Shown here one piece after another: positions 39,790-53,844 of a stretch of 64,000 nucleotides of DNA; the stretch's first letter is position 1; every line of letters starts with the position of its first letter. The stretch spans positions 40,920,001 to 40,984,000 of the forward strand of contig OZ296656.1 in the NCBI GenBank assembly GCA_965655095.1, read 5' to 3'. Position numbers and translations under genes: made by a program. The notes under the pieces are model-generated. The model saw only the letters and a list, made by a program, of their open reading frames with translations. It made no database searches and had not been told where the DNA came from. The DNA is from Haplodiscus bocki. Its lineage: Eukaryota.

Positions 39790-42700
39790 ATAAGTGTTAA
39801 CTGCTATAGCCGTTCGTACTTGTTAAACTTGTTCCTAAATATAAAGAAGTAACTGAGTTAAGATTCTGTACACTTGTTTAATCCGTAGAATTTGGAGTAC
39901 CAGGGCTCGTTCAAAAATCAGTTATACCTGTTCGATTTGTTCACTTGTATTCCGTTGGCCTAAGTGTTGCAAAGCTCAGCTTCGCCCCTGTGTTGTGAAG
40001 GTGCAGGTAACTTGAGTTCACCTTGGAAAACGCGAAATGATTTTGATTAGATTTTAATCAGCAGCAGAATTTTCTTCACGAGCAGAGTCGCTCCACGAAC
40101 CGAACTTCATTCACGGGCAGATTTTTATTCTGCCCGTGAACATCAAAGGGGAATTTTGATGTTCCACCGGATTCGTTAGGCAATTAAATTGCTCTATTCC
40201 GAAGTAACGGCGTATTTACATTGGTTACATGTAGGATACGATCATCGCTACCCTTACACGTAGCTGTAGTGGTAACGTGTATCTGTAACTATCAAAACTA
40301 AGGCTGGGAAGACCTGAAGTTGAAAATAATGATGTTTGAACATGCCATCTTTTGTAATTTCTACACATACTGGAACTTGTATCAGAAGGGGTATCGAAAG
40401 CTTTTTCTCGTTCAAAGCTTACAGCTTTTGACGTCATCAGAGAGTCTAGAAAATGATCAGAATGACTTTTTTTTGAGACATATGGCAGGTACTTGTTACT
40501 TTCGCTTTTTGAAATTTGCAAGTCTCTTAAAGATCAGGCTGTAAAAAGGAGCGACTCAAAAAGGCAAGATTCACAGGTCATGCTTTTGAGTATGAGGCTC
40601 TGTGCCAGGTACCTCAAGTACTCTCTACTTCGTGACCCAAATAAACTAAAACTAGTAAAAGAAAGGGGTGAAAGTTTTTTTCTAATTGACCATCTTGCCT
40701 GTCAGTCAACAGAATTCACAACTCCAGAAGTAATGAAGGCTTAGCATGAAAGCGACGTGAGCATTTTAGTTTCAGATAATGAATGTTGTATAGTCTTAGT
40801 CTACCGAAATGATGCCGTTTTTATTCCAATTTTTCAAGTTTCATTATTCTGAATGATTGGCAGGTAAGGAAAGAAGTTTCTCCAGCATTTTCACAAGGTC
40901 TTTTCATATACCGGCAATTTTTAGAGCTCCAAATTCAAAACATGTTTCCGTTTTTTCATGGGTTACCTAGTATTAGTTTTTTTTTCGAACAAAGGCTTAA
41001 TTGTTGTTCCTACGCTTATCTTTTCGAAAAAAAATTCGGCCCACAATTTTAGGTAATTTTCTATACTTTGGGACTTCAAATTATTCGCAAACTTTCCAGG
41101 CACCAAACTTTTTAAGAACTTTAACTTCAAACCAGGACTACCGGCCACGAACAACAAAAGGATCTTTTTATCTACGAAAAAAAATTTGCATAAGCATATA
41201 CTAAAAACGATTGAACTATTGACTTTCCCTAGTAGTATAAATTGTAACGAAGAGTATACTATAATTGTAGCATTTTGGGACAAACTTTCCGAGAAAAAAG
41301 GATTTTACCTATTATTGTCGAAAAAATCAAAATTTCTGTAAAAGTAAGGTGCGCGTGGACATTTTGGTCTTTACGGGTGGCACAATAAACTTGGGCTGTT
41401 GCCGGCTTCTTCATTGTTACTTTGCTTGCGAGCTTGGAGTTATCAATTAGTGCTGTGAGAAAATGAGAGATTGATAGTTTGACGTTTTAGTTTGGCAGAA
41501 AATTCGGGCTTCAAAGTACTTGCTGACTAGGTTTGAGATACAATACCAATTTTGCAATTTATTGCAACTCTAATAGCGGAAGCGACGCAATTCTGTTAGC
41601 GAAGCGAATTAGCGGCTCAAACAAAAACAACAACTTAGCTGCTACTGCACTCGACACAAAAAACACCCTCGTATCTTAGAATACAATAAAACAAAGTTTC
41701 TTAATTAACTTGGAAACTTCGTTGAGAGTTGCCAAGCAGATCCTCATTTTTCATATGAAATCCTTAGTAAGAGGCCCAACGACGAGGTCAGAAATTCTCT
41801 TCATGAAAATTATCTGAAATGTTGATTTTATAGTTTTCTATGACGACCCATTTGAGCTTTTCCAGAAGTTAGCGGTCACTTAGCGAGCATTTGTTGTTTT
41901 CAGAAGGGCATGAGCAATTGGCGGCGCTCAGAAAAGCGAGATTAACTCTGCGAGTTTCGATTAGCGATGCAACTTTGCTGATTGATTCACAGGATTAAGC
42001 TGCACTTCTTTCACTCAACTGAAAATAAATTCCACTTTCTTTTGAAATCACAGTCAAGCCGTTTTTAGGACTTCGAACTTTTTAAATTTTATTAAGACTT
42101 CGGAAAATTATTGTTTCAAGAATGATTTAATGCTACTGGGTTTTTGTTTTTTGACGCTTTTACGTACGATATTTTGCGACTTCGTCTGACAAAAGGATTT
42201 TCGTGCGAGATTTTGAAATTTTTTCAAAACGCAGCAAAGCTGAATGTGAGACTATAGGAGAGATCATACCAACCATTATAGTAGCGGTCAGAGCACGCAA
42301 ATAGAAAAAACGATTTTTTTCTTGTTCCTCAATCAATATCGAAAGGAATAAGGGTTGGCGAGGAATCTTATGGTTATCCCAAAATTTTCCGAAGTCATCC
42401 GCCTTGGGGACTTTGTTTTCTAATTCAAAATGTGTTTTTGTATGATCATCGACTATTCTTTTTTTCCGAAGAAATCAAAACTGATATTTCAAAGCACACT
42501 GAATACTCACAAGGATGATAGACTACTGAATGATTTTTTGACGCTTTGTTCATTGTTATTTCATACCGGTTTTTGATTTATGAATTTTCGGAAAGGGGGC
42601 GTGCAACTTGAAATAATATACAGAAGGGTTCGATTAGCAGATGTCATAAGTTCATAGCATATGTTGCAACACGGACAGCACTTCGGTATTCAGGTCATCC

Positions 42701-44245
42701 GCTCTGATTTGTTTCAGTCGGTAAAAACTAGTCGCAGAGATGGGAGCAAATTATCTAATTCATAAAATACGACAGTAATCTGAAAAATATACTTCAAAAT
42801 GTTTAGAAATTTAAACCCTGCGTTTTTCACTGAGGCCAATCATGGCTTTAAGAAGCTTCCTAAAATGAATAGGATGTGGATCATGCCTGAGTGAGCAAAT
42901 TATATAATTTACAGTAGTTGAGCGTGAAACTGAGGAGTTTTTTAATAGTTTAAATGTAATTTTTTAGAGGAAGTATGGTTCTCATGCAGTTCGATATTCG
43001 CAGGTAAATGAACCAACGCGAAACTTTGATTCTCAGAAGGTCATTTTTGCCATCCAGGAGCCAGTGTGTTAACATGGCTTTTTCTTTGTAGGTTGGATGT
43101 TTATAGGAAGGTACCCAAAGACTTGACTCAGCCGACGTATGTTGGGGCATTCATATCGATTGCAAGTGTAACTGTCACTTTGTTCCTATTCGTCTCCGAA
43201 TTATTTGCGTTCCTCACTCCAGAGTTGTAAGTAATTATTTGCTGAGCACGCAGCACCTCGAAATAAAATGCGGCCACTTACTGGGTACTGAGCTGGCGTG
43301 CAAAAAAAACTTTGAATACTATAAAACTTGAAAAATTGGCGACGTCTTGATGGGGTCCTCTTTTTTGACATGGAAGCTACAGTACATGGTCAGAACTTCA
43401 CAGAAAATTATTTGAACGTTTGAAACAGTGGCATTTGATGCGAAAGTTAGGAAATTCGTTGGTCATTTTTTAAAACATTCGGACTGAAAGGAAGAATGTG
43501 TAGTGGAAACCGGCTTATGCATAGTTTTTTAATCCTGGCGAAAACTTGCAATTTGTGACGTCATCAGATGGTCTAGTTATCTAGTGTGAACTGTCAAAAA
43601 GGACCCTTTTTGAAACATCTTGGCGGGTGCTTGTTTAATTTTGCGTTCTTGAAATTTTTGAAAATTGTGTGAAAAATGAACACCAGCGTTCTAAAAGGTG
43701 ATTCACATAACAATGTTTTGAGTATGAGACAGTGTGGGCAGTGTATTAGGTGTCCCCAAAAAAAACGTTAGACGTAAAAATTCTGAGTTCTCAGAATGGA
43801 ATATATTCGTAAACATTTCCTCGAACTATTTTCAAGTCCGCACATACCGCTTGTCAGTCATTAAAATTGACACCACTGAATACTGAATGTCAAATTGTAA
43901 AAATGACCACCTTAGGTTCATATTCTGAAAGTTTTTTACACTTATTTCACCGAAGTTATCCAAATTTCTTTCTGATTCACAAGTCCTCATGAGTGATAAG
44001 TGAGATGAGAAATTTCTGAAGTGGTTTTGACGTCGTGTTGACTAATATTAACCACCTATTAACTATTAACCTTTGAGAATTCAAAAATGTTTTCATGTAA
44101 CATTATTTACGACACCTAGTATTGTTTATTGGCGTTGTTTACTGTGCTTGTCTTTTAACATTTTACTTCAAAAATCAGTTCTATTTAGTCAATTTGTTCA
44201 CTAGTATTCCGTTGGCGCGAGTGTTGCAAAGCACAGCTTCGCCTG
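39790..44245 (+). repeat. Patchwork of dispersed repeats (39930-39990 ~ 44190-44245; 40360-40620 ~ 43500-43760)
   Basis: tattccgttggc...agtgttgcaaagc.cagcttcgcc is present twice. tgacgtcatcaga..gtctag and ttttgagtatgag blocks are also present twice. Confidence 0.7.
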
Positions 44246-45382
44246 TGTAAACATTGGCTCTCAAAATAGCGAATCTAAAAGGAAATTATTGATAGGTCAA
44301 CTTTTTGAGCATCAGACACTGTGACAGGGTCTTGTCTTATTTCGACTACTTCGTACAACCTTTTGATAGATATCTGGTGCAGTATTTCTAAAAGTGTCGA
44401 TATGTTTCTGATTAAGTTTCAAATGCCTCTCAGGGCCTTTAATCTGTCAACTTTATCCTTAATTTGAATCGATAAGTCAGAATACGTTGCGAAGTTCCGT
44501 TTCGCCTCTGTGTTAGAAATTAGCGGCCAATTAGCAATCAGCTATTGTTTTTTAAAAAGAGACGTTGGAGGTCAAGTGCCCTCAGAAAACCGGTATTTGT
44601 GATGAGAGGTTTTCTTCTATTACAGTTTCAGATAGCTGCAAGGGATTTCAAATACTCATTTTGTTTTTAGCTGCTGAGCTCAAATTTATTCTTGTTTCTG
44701 TTCGTTGTAGACAGAGTGTTATGTATGTCGATGATCCTGGTCACGATCAACTACCTGTTTCCTTGGACATTTCATTGCCTGAATTGAAATGTGAAGGTTA
44801 GAAACCAAACTTGAAATTTCACTACATTGTTGATTTTAAATTTTCAGATAAGTTTGTGATTGCAGTCTTAGGAGCAATACCGAAGAGAACGAATCTTGAA
44901 AAAGTGGTTTACATAGTATGTATACATGTATTCGTTTCATGCACGTGGTGAAAGAGTCTTGGAAAAAATCAGTTTCATATTATTTTTTCCAAGTTCTCTT
45001 CTCTGAATTATAAGGAGCGAATCTTTCTGTAAAAGCGGGGAATAGAATTTCAGTAATATTTCTTAAAGATTAACGATAATGCAGGTTTTCTTATTACGAC
45101 AGTTCTTTAGAAGTTCGTTTGTCTCGAAAAATTTATTTTATTCGATTTTACAGTAGTGATTTTGATACGTGAATTCGTTAACAATAATTGTTTTTGAAGC
45201 TCGAAATCTCAGAAAATAATACGTTTAGAAAAAAATGAAGGAGTAAAAGTTTCTTAGATTTTGGATGAGATTACAAAGGTCGTTATTTCATAGAAATCGG
45301 ACAACTCAAACAGTTTGAGATCCCCAAATTTCATCATTTTCGTAAGTTTGCACTTTTTGAAGATTCCGAGGAAGTAGTATAG

Positions 45383-45575
45383 GGATTCACATGGTTTTTC
45401 GCAGGTAAATCCTATGATTGCGTCAATCTTTTCGCGGGTGAATCTTTAGTTTCCTTCAATTTTTTCGCTGGTGAATCTCTTCAAAATGCACCTGCGAAAA
45501 GATTGAGACTGAAGGTTCACCGGCGAAAAAATTGCCGCAGTCTTGGGAATGATCCGCGAAAAACCATGTGAATCC
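45383..45575. mobile_element. MITE/foldback element, ~193 bp
   Basis: Perfect 20-bp TIR ggattcacatggtttttcgc / gcgaaaaaccatgtgaatcc, with internal ttttcgc.ggtgaa subrepeats also inverted. A related terminus agggattcacatg occurs at ~61427. Confidence 0.85.
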
Positions 45576-47419
45576 TCATGGGTGAAAAGATGGTTGATAA
45601 AAACAATGGCAGAAAGAATCGAAGAAGATGGTTGATACTGTTTTTAGTACTCCATAAGTTGTTATCATTTTGAATATATATCCAGTGAGTACGTTCATGC
45701 TATGGACCCATTTCGGAACTATATTTTCATTAAGTAATACATGCCTAAACTGTCGCTGAACCCTTTTTCTTTTGTCTCTGATAACACTGAACCCATTTTA
45801 AAACTCGTTGGTAATTTGCTTCCAAATAAATCCGGGGGTACTGACGACACGTTCCGAGTTTGGTTTGAGTGAGCTCAGAGAAAATGCAGAAAGGAATTAA
45901 GAACGAAGAATTCGCATCGAAACGTGCAAGAAATTTTTTTATTGGCTTCTGCAATCAGCTTTACCCGTTGATTGATATCGAAATATTCCATAAAACATGT
46001 CCGCAAGTTATATCGGGGAGTTTTATTGGTTGTTCAGAGGTTCTAAAACTTATCGACTATTCTGTTTCTTGCAAGCTGAAGAAAAGTTGACAGCCAATTA
46101 CAGTGAAGTCCTCCGGATAGAACCTCTAGAGCAATCAACGGTCAGTTTAATTTACTTAGCGTTTTCAACCAGAATACTATACCCGAAACTATTCACTTCT
46201 TCATGCTAACACCGCAAACAGTTGTTATTGATTTGGAATGCTTTCGTTTTTCAAATCAAGCTTTCACTTTTCAAGGGTTATCTGTTCGTTGTTTCCACTA
46301 TAGCGATACAGTTCTTCTTATCCCATCCATCTAGTCTCTGTCAAGGCTCAAAAAATTAAACCCGGGTGACGACTAATATACACGGTTTGAGCTGGGACTC
46401 TGGATTTTACGATTAATCTCTTTTCTATTTGGATCACCCTAACTGTCTCAAAGCGTCCGATTTCCAGCAGATTTGCAGTCCCAGTTGTCTCAATCACTCA
46501 ACATTCTTCTCATGAGATCATTGCTCACGAGAGAAAACATCTTTGGCTTGGCTCGGTCAGTGTGAACAGAACGCTTATGTCTTCAGCTTCGCAAACACAG
46601 AAAGACAACCATTTTTCCTCACCCTGTACCCTAATTTAACCATATCAGTTTCAACAACAAACCCAACAACCAACTTGGTCAATATCAAGAACGTCCCTGA
46701 AGAAATCGCCAATGAACTCGTGACAGAAGAATATCGAAAAGTTCGATTACATAAACTGATATGAAAGGCAGCTATCCATTTATTTTATGCTGATTTCCTC
46801 CAGCTTGGGACGAAAGTCACTTCTTTTCATTCTTTTCTGAACTTCATGAGAATTCATGTCAAATGCCCGATTGATGCAGGTGATAAAAGACATTTGCATC
46901 AAACATGTTAGACATCCGCCAGCCTCAACGCTTAATTCTTTACCAGAAAGAAGATGCACCTCATGCACAAGCAAATTTTCAACGAGCTAAAAGACAGAGA
47001 CAACATCGTCGAAATTACCGTTTTTCCGTACACGCCTAAAAAACGGAAAAAGCAAGCGAAGATTTTAATGTTTGTATCTTTTACGTATATAATATTTAAA
47101 ACTCCTAAAAATAGTTTTTCAACCTGAGACATGCCTAGAGATGGAAGAGCGAGCAGTTGACTGCCACGGCGATATTGGAGCTGAACGTTTCCTGTAGGAC
47201 CAAAATATTAGCGAACTCTCATCGTGGAAGTTTTGTAACTCGACGGCGTTACCGAGATCTGAGGCTGGCTTTTTTCGAAGCTGTAATTCACCTGGTAATC
47301 GTCATTACCAGTTTAATAAAACTATTTTTCTACGAAGTACCTTGTGAAGAAATGCCAGTATGGGTCTCTGTCATCAGCTGCAGTTGGTTTTATACTTCCC
47401 AGCCCACATCTATTAACAC

Positions 47420-48070
47420 AGTTTTTATTTCATTAAAGATGGACTATTTATGTCTGTCGTGGCTTCTGGAGGATCAGGTAAGACAAGACTTACATTTGCC
47501 ATGTTCAAATCACGTACAAGCTTTTTCCCGAATCTTCCAAAAACTTTTGGCCCTAATGAGGAATATCCATCATTAAACAATGAATTTGGTTGAAAAACTG
47601 AAGATAGAGTATGTCCCATGCCTTGAATTCGAAATGATTGAAAAGCTCGAAAGTTATTTTATGGTTTGATCATTCTAGCGAAGAAATTTACCTGGAGGAA
47701 GAATTAAATCCCTAATGCTGGAAGACATTAAAAAAGTTGATTGCCTTTCCGTCAATGTTTCATCAGGGCAATTGGTCGCCTACAATTGACCTCAGCGCAA
47801 CACATGTGTTTTTGTTAAACGCTCGAAGTCGAGCAAATTGATCGCTTAGGTAGACGACCAGACATTTTGGAATTCATCCGAGATTGCTATCAAAAACATC
47901 CTTCTGCTCCATATGGTCATTTTTGATTGATTTCGATCCAAAGACAAGCGAATCGTTGCGGTTCCGTTCCGAGTAACCGGAGTAGGTCCTAGAATTTTTG
48001 ATCAACCTTCTTCTCTTGCGAAAGAGACAGCTTTGCCGAATGCAAACGAAAAATGCGCATTTACTTGAGC
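47420..48070 (+). pseudogene. A32/FtsK-like packaging ATPase
   Basis: FMSVVASGGSGKTRL (Walker A, ~47447-47492), Walker B remnant FDHSSEEIY, GRH, TIDLSATHVFLL, PYGHFLIDFDPKTSESLRF. Confidence 0.85.
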
Positions 48071-48949
48071 TTCAGCAAAACAAAAAAAATGAAGATTTCA
48101 CAGAATTTTTTGGAACATTTACACAAATGAGGTAAGAAGTCTCTGTGAATGCGACCTGAATACAATTTACGGAAAGTATCCATTAATTGTCGATCGCCTA
48201 CTCACCTATGAAAAGGTTTAGAATTTTATGCAATGCCAAGACTTGTGACAAGAAAGGACGACGAACTCTTTGCTGCAACAATGTGATCAAATGGATGCAG
48301 GAAATCAGTTGTCCAGTCCACTCGTCTAAAACACAATGAATTCACTAGACTTAATTCTAATTCTCAAAGAAAACTATGTTGAATGGCAAACTAATTCATC
48401 GGAAAGTTTGTTCCATCCAACAATCACGGGAAAAGCCAGGCAACTAACTTTGCTACAGAGACAATAACTTACGGTAGGAGAAGATGAAAAGTCTACTGAT
48501 TCCAATGTGGCAGCAAATCTGCTGGATATTGTCGACAAAATGTTCCTAAATTCATTATGAATGTTGAACCCCGGACAGCTGGAAAAATCAGACAATCTTG
48601 AAAAAGAAATTTACGTAGCCGCGGATGTAGCAGTTAACGAAGATGGATTTCTTACGGCAGTTGATCGCGTACCGATAATTGAGGCCAATTTCGTTTACAT
48701 TTCACAGCAAACCGAAAAAAGGATTACATGAACCCAACTACAAGCGCATTTTAGTCATGATTGATGTTTCCTCAAGCTTGGCGTCTGACTACGACGCAAG
48801 GTAAATACTCCTACCTACTCAAAGCAAAACTATAGTAAGACCTAAAATCGAAACGGCAAGCAGAGCATGTGAAAGAAAAAATGGACAGCAGGTTGCAGAA
48901 GAGATCTCACCGCCAGCGTGGGGAACTCAGTTCCGGGAAAATATTTCAA

Positions 48950-49680
48950 GGTGTTTATGTATGAAAGGATGAAAGCCTATAGATGCGTTTCAAATCTGGA
49001 GAAAACCACTTCCCTGTCCCGGGCGAAAATTGAAACTTTCCTACAGAGTAAAAATTCACGTACAAAGTACAGGCAACACCGAAGACGTTTTCCCTGTATG
49101 AAAGTTTTTGCTTACGATGTCATTGAGGTCTGGTCTTTTGATCTAGCTTATGTTGACAATTTAGCTAAATACAACAAAGTTATTGATTACGTTCTTGTTG
49201 CTGTTGATGTACAATCACGAAATTTCAGGGTTCAGCCACTGTGAACCAAGGTTGCGAAGAAAACTGTTGCTGACATAATCAGCCAAAGTAAACCATTGAA
49301 AGTATGGTCTGAAAGGAACCGAGTTCAAACTATCTTTCAAAGAGTTCTGTGAAAGCAATGGCGTTCACACTTACACCACAAACTGTGAAGAGGAGTCGGC
49401 ATTTGCAGAGCTCAATATTCGGTCTCTCAAAAACATTATCTACAATCAGTTGGAAAATTGGTCATATCGCTGTATGAACAAAGTGCTGTCTTTCGTTAAC
49501 TCGATCAATTCTTGCATCAATCGCGTAATATGGTTGGTACCCAATAAGGACTCGCCGAAGCATGTAACAAATTTGTTTTCTCAGGTAGTGCAACAGTAGA
49601 GTAAACTGGTCAGAAGGCCAGGTTTGAAACCAGGAGACAAGATGAGATTGGAGAGTGGCTTTGGCAGAAGTAATTTTCCC
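48950..49680 (+). pseudogene. Polinton rve-type integrase
   Basis: EVWSFDLAYVDNLAKYNKVIDYVLVAVDVQSR, VWS.(K)GTEF remnant at ~49302, SAFAELNIRSLKNII (DDE third motif). Confidence 0.9.
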
Positions 49681-49699
49681 ATCAAGTATCACGATTGTT

Positions 49700-50330
49700 A
49701 CTTTTAGAGCGTATTTCGTTCACTCACTCAAACTCCTGTCAATAGTTCAACATCAACTGGCAAAAGAAGCTCAGCAGGTGTAATGGTAGAACGTGAAGCT
49801 TGATCGAACCATGCAGTTTTTCCTGGTGGTGAATACAAGACTTTGAAGGATGTTGTCCCGCGTTTAGATAATGAGGTTGCTAAAAGCAGGAGATCTCTTG
49901 TCATTTCGAGCACTGAAGAGTCTAGAGCTCAACTTTGCGGATGGCTCTGGAATGAGTTTTTATGACCCAAAAATTTTCGACGTATTAGGGTTCCAGGGAG
50001 TGCCGGATCCCAACCGTGCTGGGTTTGTTATTGGTAACAATGACAAAGTAAATGAGCAAACACAACCAATAAAGGGTGGTCATCCGGTAAATAATACAGC
50101 AGGAACGAGCCTTTCTGGGTTAACTGTGATAGTATCGAGCACCAACACATACCTGGATCTAAAGCACCTGTTCTCCGTGTCAATAATACAGAAAAGTTAA
50201 TTTTGGACAATGAAGGAAGTGTTAATTTAATTATTCGCAATGTCTAGAGACTACGCCATATTTGTTGGAATCGATCGACTTGCGATAACTTGAAAGTTTT
50301 GCAAGTTCTAAAAAATGCTGTCTTTTCATT
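49700..50330 (+). pseudogene. Possible minor capsid (penton-like) remnant
   Basis: Lies between integrase and MCP and contains beta-rich fragments (VLGF, PVNNTAG, IEHQHI...KAPVLRVN). Assigned mainly by position. Confidence 0.5.
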
Positions 50331-50344
50331 CCCGGCGTGATCTG

Positions 50345-50660
50345 ATGCCTCGTTTTTCAGGCCACATGAGTTAGAGCGGAAGCGGTTTCAGATCATTAGC
50401 TGCTGGAGTTGAACGGGTTGCGTTACCCTTCGCGAAAAAACTACTTCCAGTTGTGAAATCAATAGGGAAGAAATTGTATGTTCACAGTTTATAAGAATTG
50501 ATGGAAGCTGCCACGAAGAAAAAATCTCTCAACCAATTAGCCAAATCAGCCGTTAAAAGAACAGTGAAAATGCGAATCAGAGAAAGCACATCAATCAGCA
50601 AAAGTAAACTGTGAAGCGAAACAGCCGACGAAGAAGCGAATCTACAGAAAATTCGGTCAA
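50345..50660 (+). pseudogene. Small basic/amphipathic virion core-like protein (QxGxG type)
   Basis: MPRFSGHMS*SGSGFRSLAAGVERVALPFAKKLLPVVKSIGKK followed by a K/R-rich tail, immediately upstream of the MCP. Confidence 0.55.
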
Positions 50661-50699
50661 ATTTCATTTCACCAGTCGGAAATATTACCCAACGTTTTA

Positions 50700-51830
50700 G
50701 TTGTTCACGCATTACACAAATTTTGGGATATTTTTGAGCGTCAGCCTCTTCTGATTACTTTTAATACATCAATCGAACAGAAAACTGGTCCTGTAAATGC
50801 TCCAAATAAACCTACACTGGAGTTTGAAAAATTTGGAGATCGAAACAATTTGATCAATTTTGGAACTATCTATATCGCACTGAACTGTACGATCCTCAGA
50901 GTTAACTGTGACAATCTGAGAAATGATCCAGCTTTTGATGCGGCAACTGATGCGCCATTCTTTGTTAATAATCTTCTGCATTCTCTTGTCTGGTTGTAGT
51001 ATTACTTCGCATTGCTTCAAAATTTTTGCTGCTATTGGCGATTACGCTCGAAAAGCTTCGATTGTATCGGATTTTTCAAGAAGGAAGCAAAAGAGACTTG
51101 GATAAATTGTCAGGGGTTTTCTATGAAATGCAAGCTGATGAATTTATTAAAATAGTTACAAGGACAGCTGAAACACGGGAGTAGGCAGAGGTCTTTTTAA
51201 TTGGGAGAACTGCGGCTGACTTTTCCTCATGTGATAATTTTCTGATGAGTGGAGTTACACAGAATTTCTTCCTCTGAAACCGACCTGAGTATGCAGTAAT
51301 ATACGATGTTGAAACAAGTTATAGGATGAAGTGTTTCCAATCGAATTTGTACGTTCGAAAAATGACAATGACAACCTCTACTCTGCTTTTGAGACATTTA
51401 CCAAAACCTCTGCTCTTTACCGTTGCTTTGAGATGATATGCAAAGCGTTTCTCATTTCCTTAAGCGTCCAGAGTTAAAGTTACGAAGATGAGTTCACCAA
51501 GGAGCCCATTCGAAGGTTTGAAGTAGCTATGACAAGAAACGAGGCCTTTCTGGGAGCCAAGCGCGTAAATCTTTTCCATTTGCAGAAATTCAATCTGAAT
51601 AGCTTTAATGTTTATCGTACGGGTTATGTTGTTACGGGAACTCCGCTCCAGGCAGAGAATGATAAGAAACTAACCTTACTTCGCTCGAAGCTCTCGCTTT
51701 CGGACAAGATGTTTATGGAGGTCCTATAGAGACTGTTAATGATTAGATTCTTTTGTTCGACCTAACCAGCACAAAACAAGCTTCCCATGATGATGTACGC
51801 CCAGAACCAACAGGTGAACGGTGCTCTACT
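50700..51830 (+). pseudogene. Polinton major capsid protein (double jelly-roll) remnant
   Basis: ERQPLLITF, QKTGPVNAPNKPTLEF, GDRNNLINF, DAPFFVNNLLHSL, FTKEPIRRFEVAMTRNEAFLGAKRVNLFHLQKFNLNSF, LFDLTS. These match the Polinton MCP pattern (NN.LHSLF; P.R..V.M; G....NPF.FQ.F.L; FDLT). Confidence 0.8.
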
Positions 51831-51902
51831 CTTTTACATTAGTTGTTCTCGGATGGTTTCCGAGAACATCCTCCGGAACTTAAAGCTGGAAACCAAGCGT
51901 TG

Positions 51903-52325
51903 ATGAATAGTATCAGTTTTTTACTGCACAATATGAAGTGCAATTACTTGAGACATGGACTTGTGGGGGTATTTCTTGCGATTAGATATCCTATTCCACT
52001 CAATGAGAATATTCTCATTCTTGTCAACTCCGGAAACTCTGATGAGGAAGGGAAGTATTGGCTTGTATTGTGTAACAAAGACGGAGTGATCTATCTGGGT
52101 AACCATTGGGCTTTCATCCGGAGCGTACGAGAAACTTAATAAGCGCCTAATCGATGCAGATTTCAGTTGCAATGAAGTTAGTAATGAAAAACCTCCTCGA
52201 GCACCTACATCGAACTGACGTGGACTTTATTGTAATGACATTGCTGATTAATTCCAGCAGTTATTACCCTATTATACCGCTAATCGATAGTGAATGCTTA
52301 TTAAGGTGTGTAAAACTTTTATGAG
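51903..52325 (+). pseudogene. Adenain-like cysteine protease
   Basis: GVFLA, ILVNSGNSDEEGKYWLVL (G.HW motif with H mutated), PLG, TSN*RGLYC (S..CG.YC remnant). Confidence 0.82.
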
Positions 52326-53844
52326 CATCAAATTTTTCTGCGCTCACGTTGATTTTACTCTTTCAAAATATTTTTTTTTCAACCTCTATAAATGAAAACG
52401 AAAAGGTAGAAGTTCACTTTTCATAATTCGAGAACCAGAATAAGAATGTCATTAGTCCTATAACTTAAGCCTATTCGTTGGCCTTCAAATATCTAGTTCA
52501 TTCCACTGACAAAAACTGTCGAAGAATTGCTGGTTTATGCTGATCTTTCTTTTCCGTTTCTGGCTACGGGGAGTAGTTTGCGGATTCGGTTCGCGCTCTT
52601 CAAAAAGGGCTCTCGTTGTCCAGGTTGCTGTCCTGTCACTGCTCGATTAAATTCTTCATGTTTTCGCCAATCAACTCTAAATAACTTGTTGTGTGTATCG
52701 ATGACGCGAAAATTGAGTGTAGACATGGCACTGCTTCGCCCTTTCCTCGTTTTCGAAATTTAGAGGTCGATTTCAAGAGAAGATGGTAATGTTTTCGCTC
52801 AATGTCATAGTATTCGCTTTCTTCCGAGTGTAAACCAGAAGCCTAACTTTAACATTCCATGTTACGATCGGAATGGTGAAAGCAAAGTTCATATGAGAAG
52901 AACGCCCATTTAAACTCAAAACTCTTAGTCTCCTAATCTCTTAATCACCCTTCAATCATTTAATGACGCCACATTCTTTCGATGAACTTCAAACTTTAGA
53001 ACTTATCTTAAAGCCATAACGATGGTGAATTTAGATAAATATGTCAAATTACGGAAATACCTCATGATTTAAATTATCTCTTATCGTTAACTTCCGCACA
53101 TAAAAATTTTGATACATAACAAGCGGCGACGCAGTACAGTAAAGTTGAATTCAAAAATCTGCAAAACTAACCAATTCTTCGAAAGCTTGAAGAGTTGTAG
53201 AACAGATCACTTGTAGCAAGTCTAACCGCGGGACCTCGCATCCAATAAGAACATTGAATCTGAAACACTTTGAGAATACTAAATACCCGCTCAGGCATGA
53301 AGAAAACACTACGAAACATAGAAGAAGACTTGCGATATTAGACTAACTTTTGAAGTTTCAGAAACACGTAAGTTGCCGTGTTGGGATATGCTTTAGCTGT
53401 ATAGTAGACCCCTCTTAACTACGGAAACACCGATGTAGTTATCCCTGAAATGTTTTTCAGTAGTAGTGGAGATTGGAGGATTCAATTTTTGAGCAGTTAT
53501 GCAAATTGGAGGAAGAAACTGTTTTCTAAGGAACGTAAGAAGTTGAATGATACAAGCTGTTGAGTAAAACCAGACAGAGATTGCTTTTTTGAATGGGAGT
53601 CATTTCCTAATGTTGGAAAAGGAACCAATAATTTTGTTTACAAGCAGTAGCGCTTCTTGGCAAACAAGAAGGAGAAAAATATAGGTCAAAATAATGTGAA
53701 AGTAGGAACTCGTGGCGACTTTTTTCTACTTGTCGCAAAATTTCGTCTGTCAACTATACAAAAACGTTGATTGTGAAAAATTCAGACGCTCATGACAGTT
53801 GTCCGTTTTATGACTTGTAGACGTGTTTTTAATCAATTAATTGT

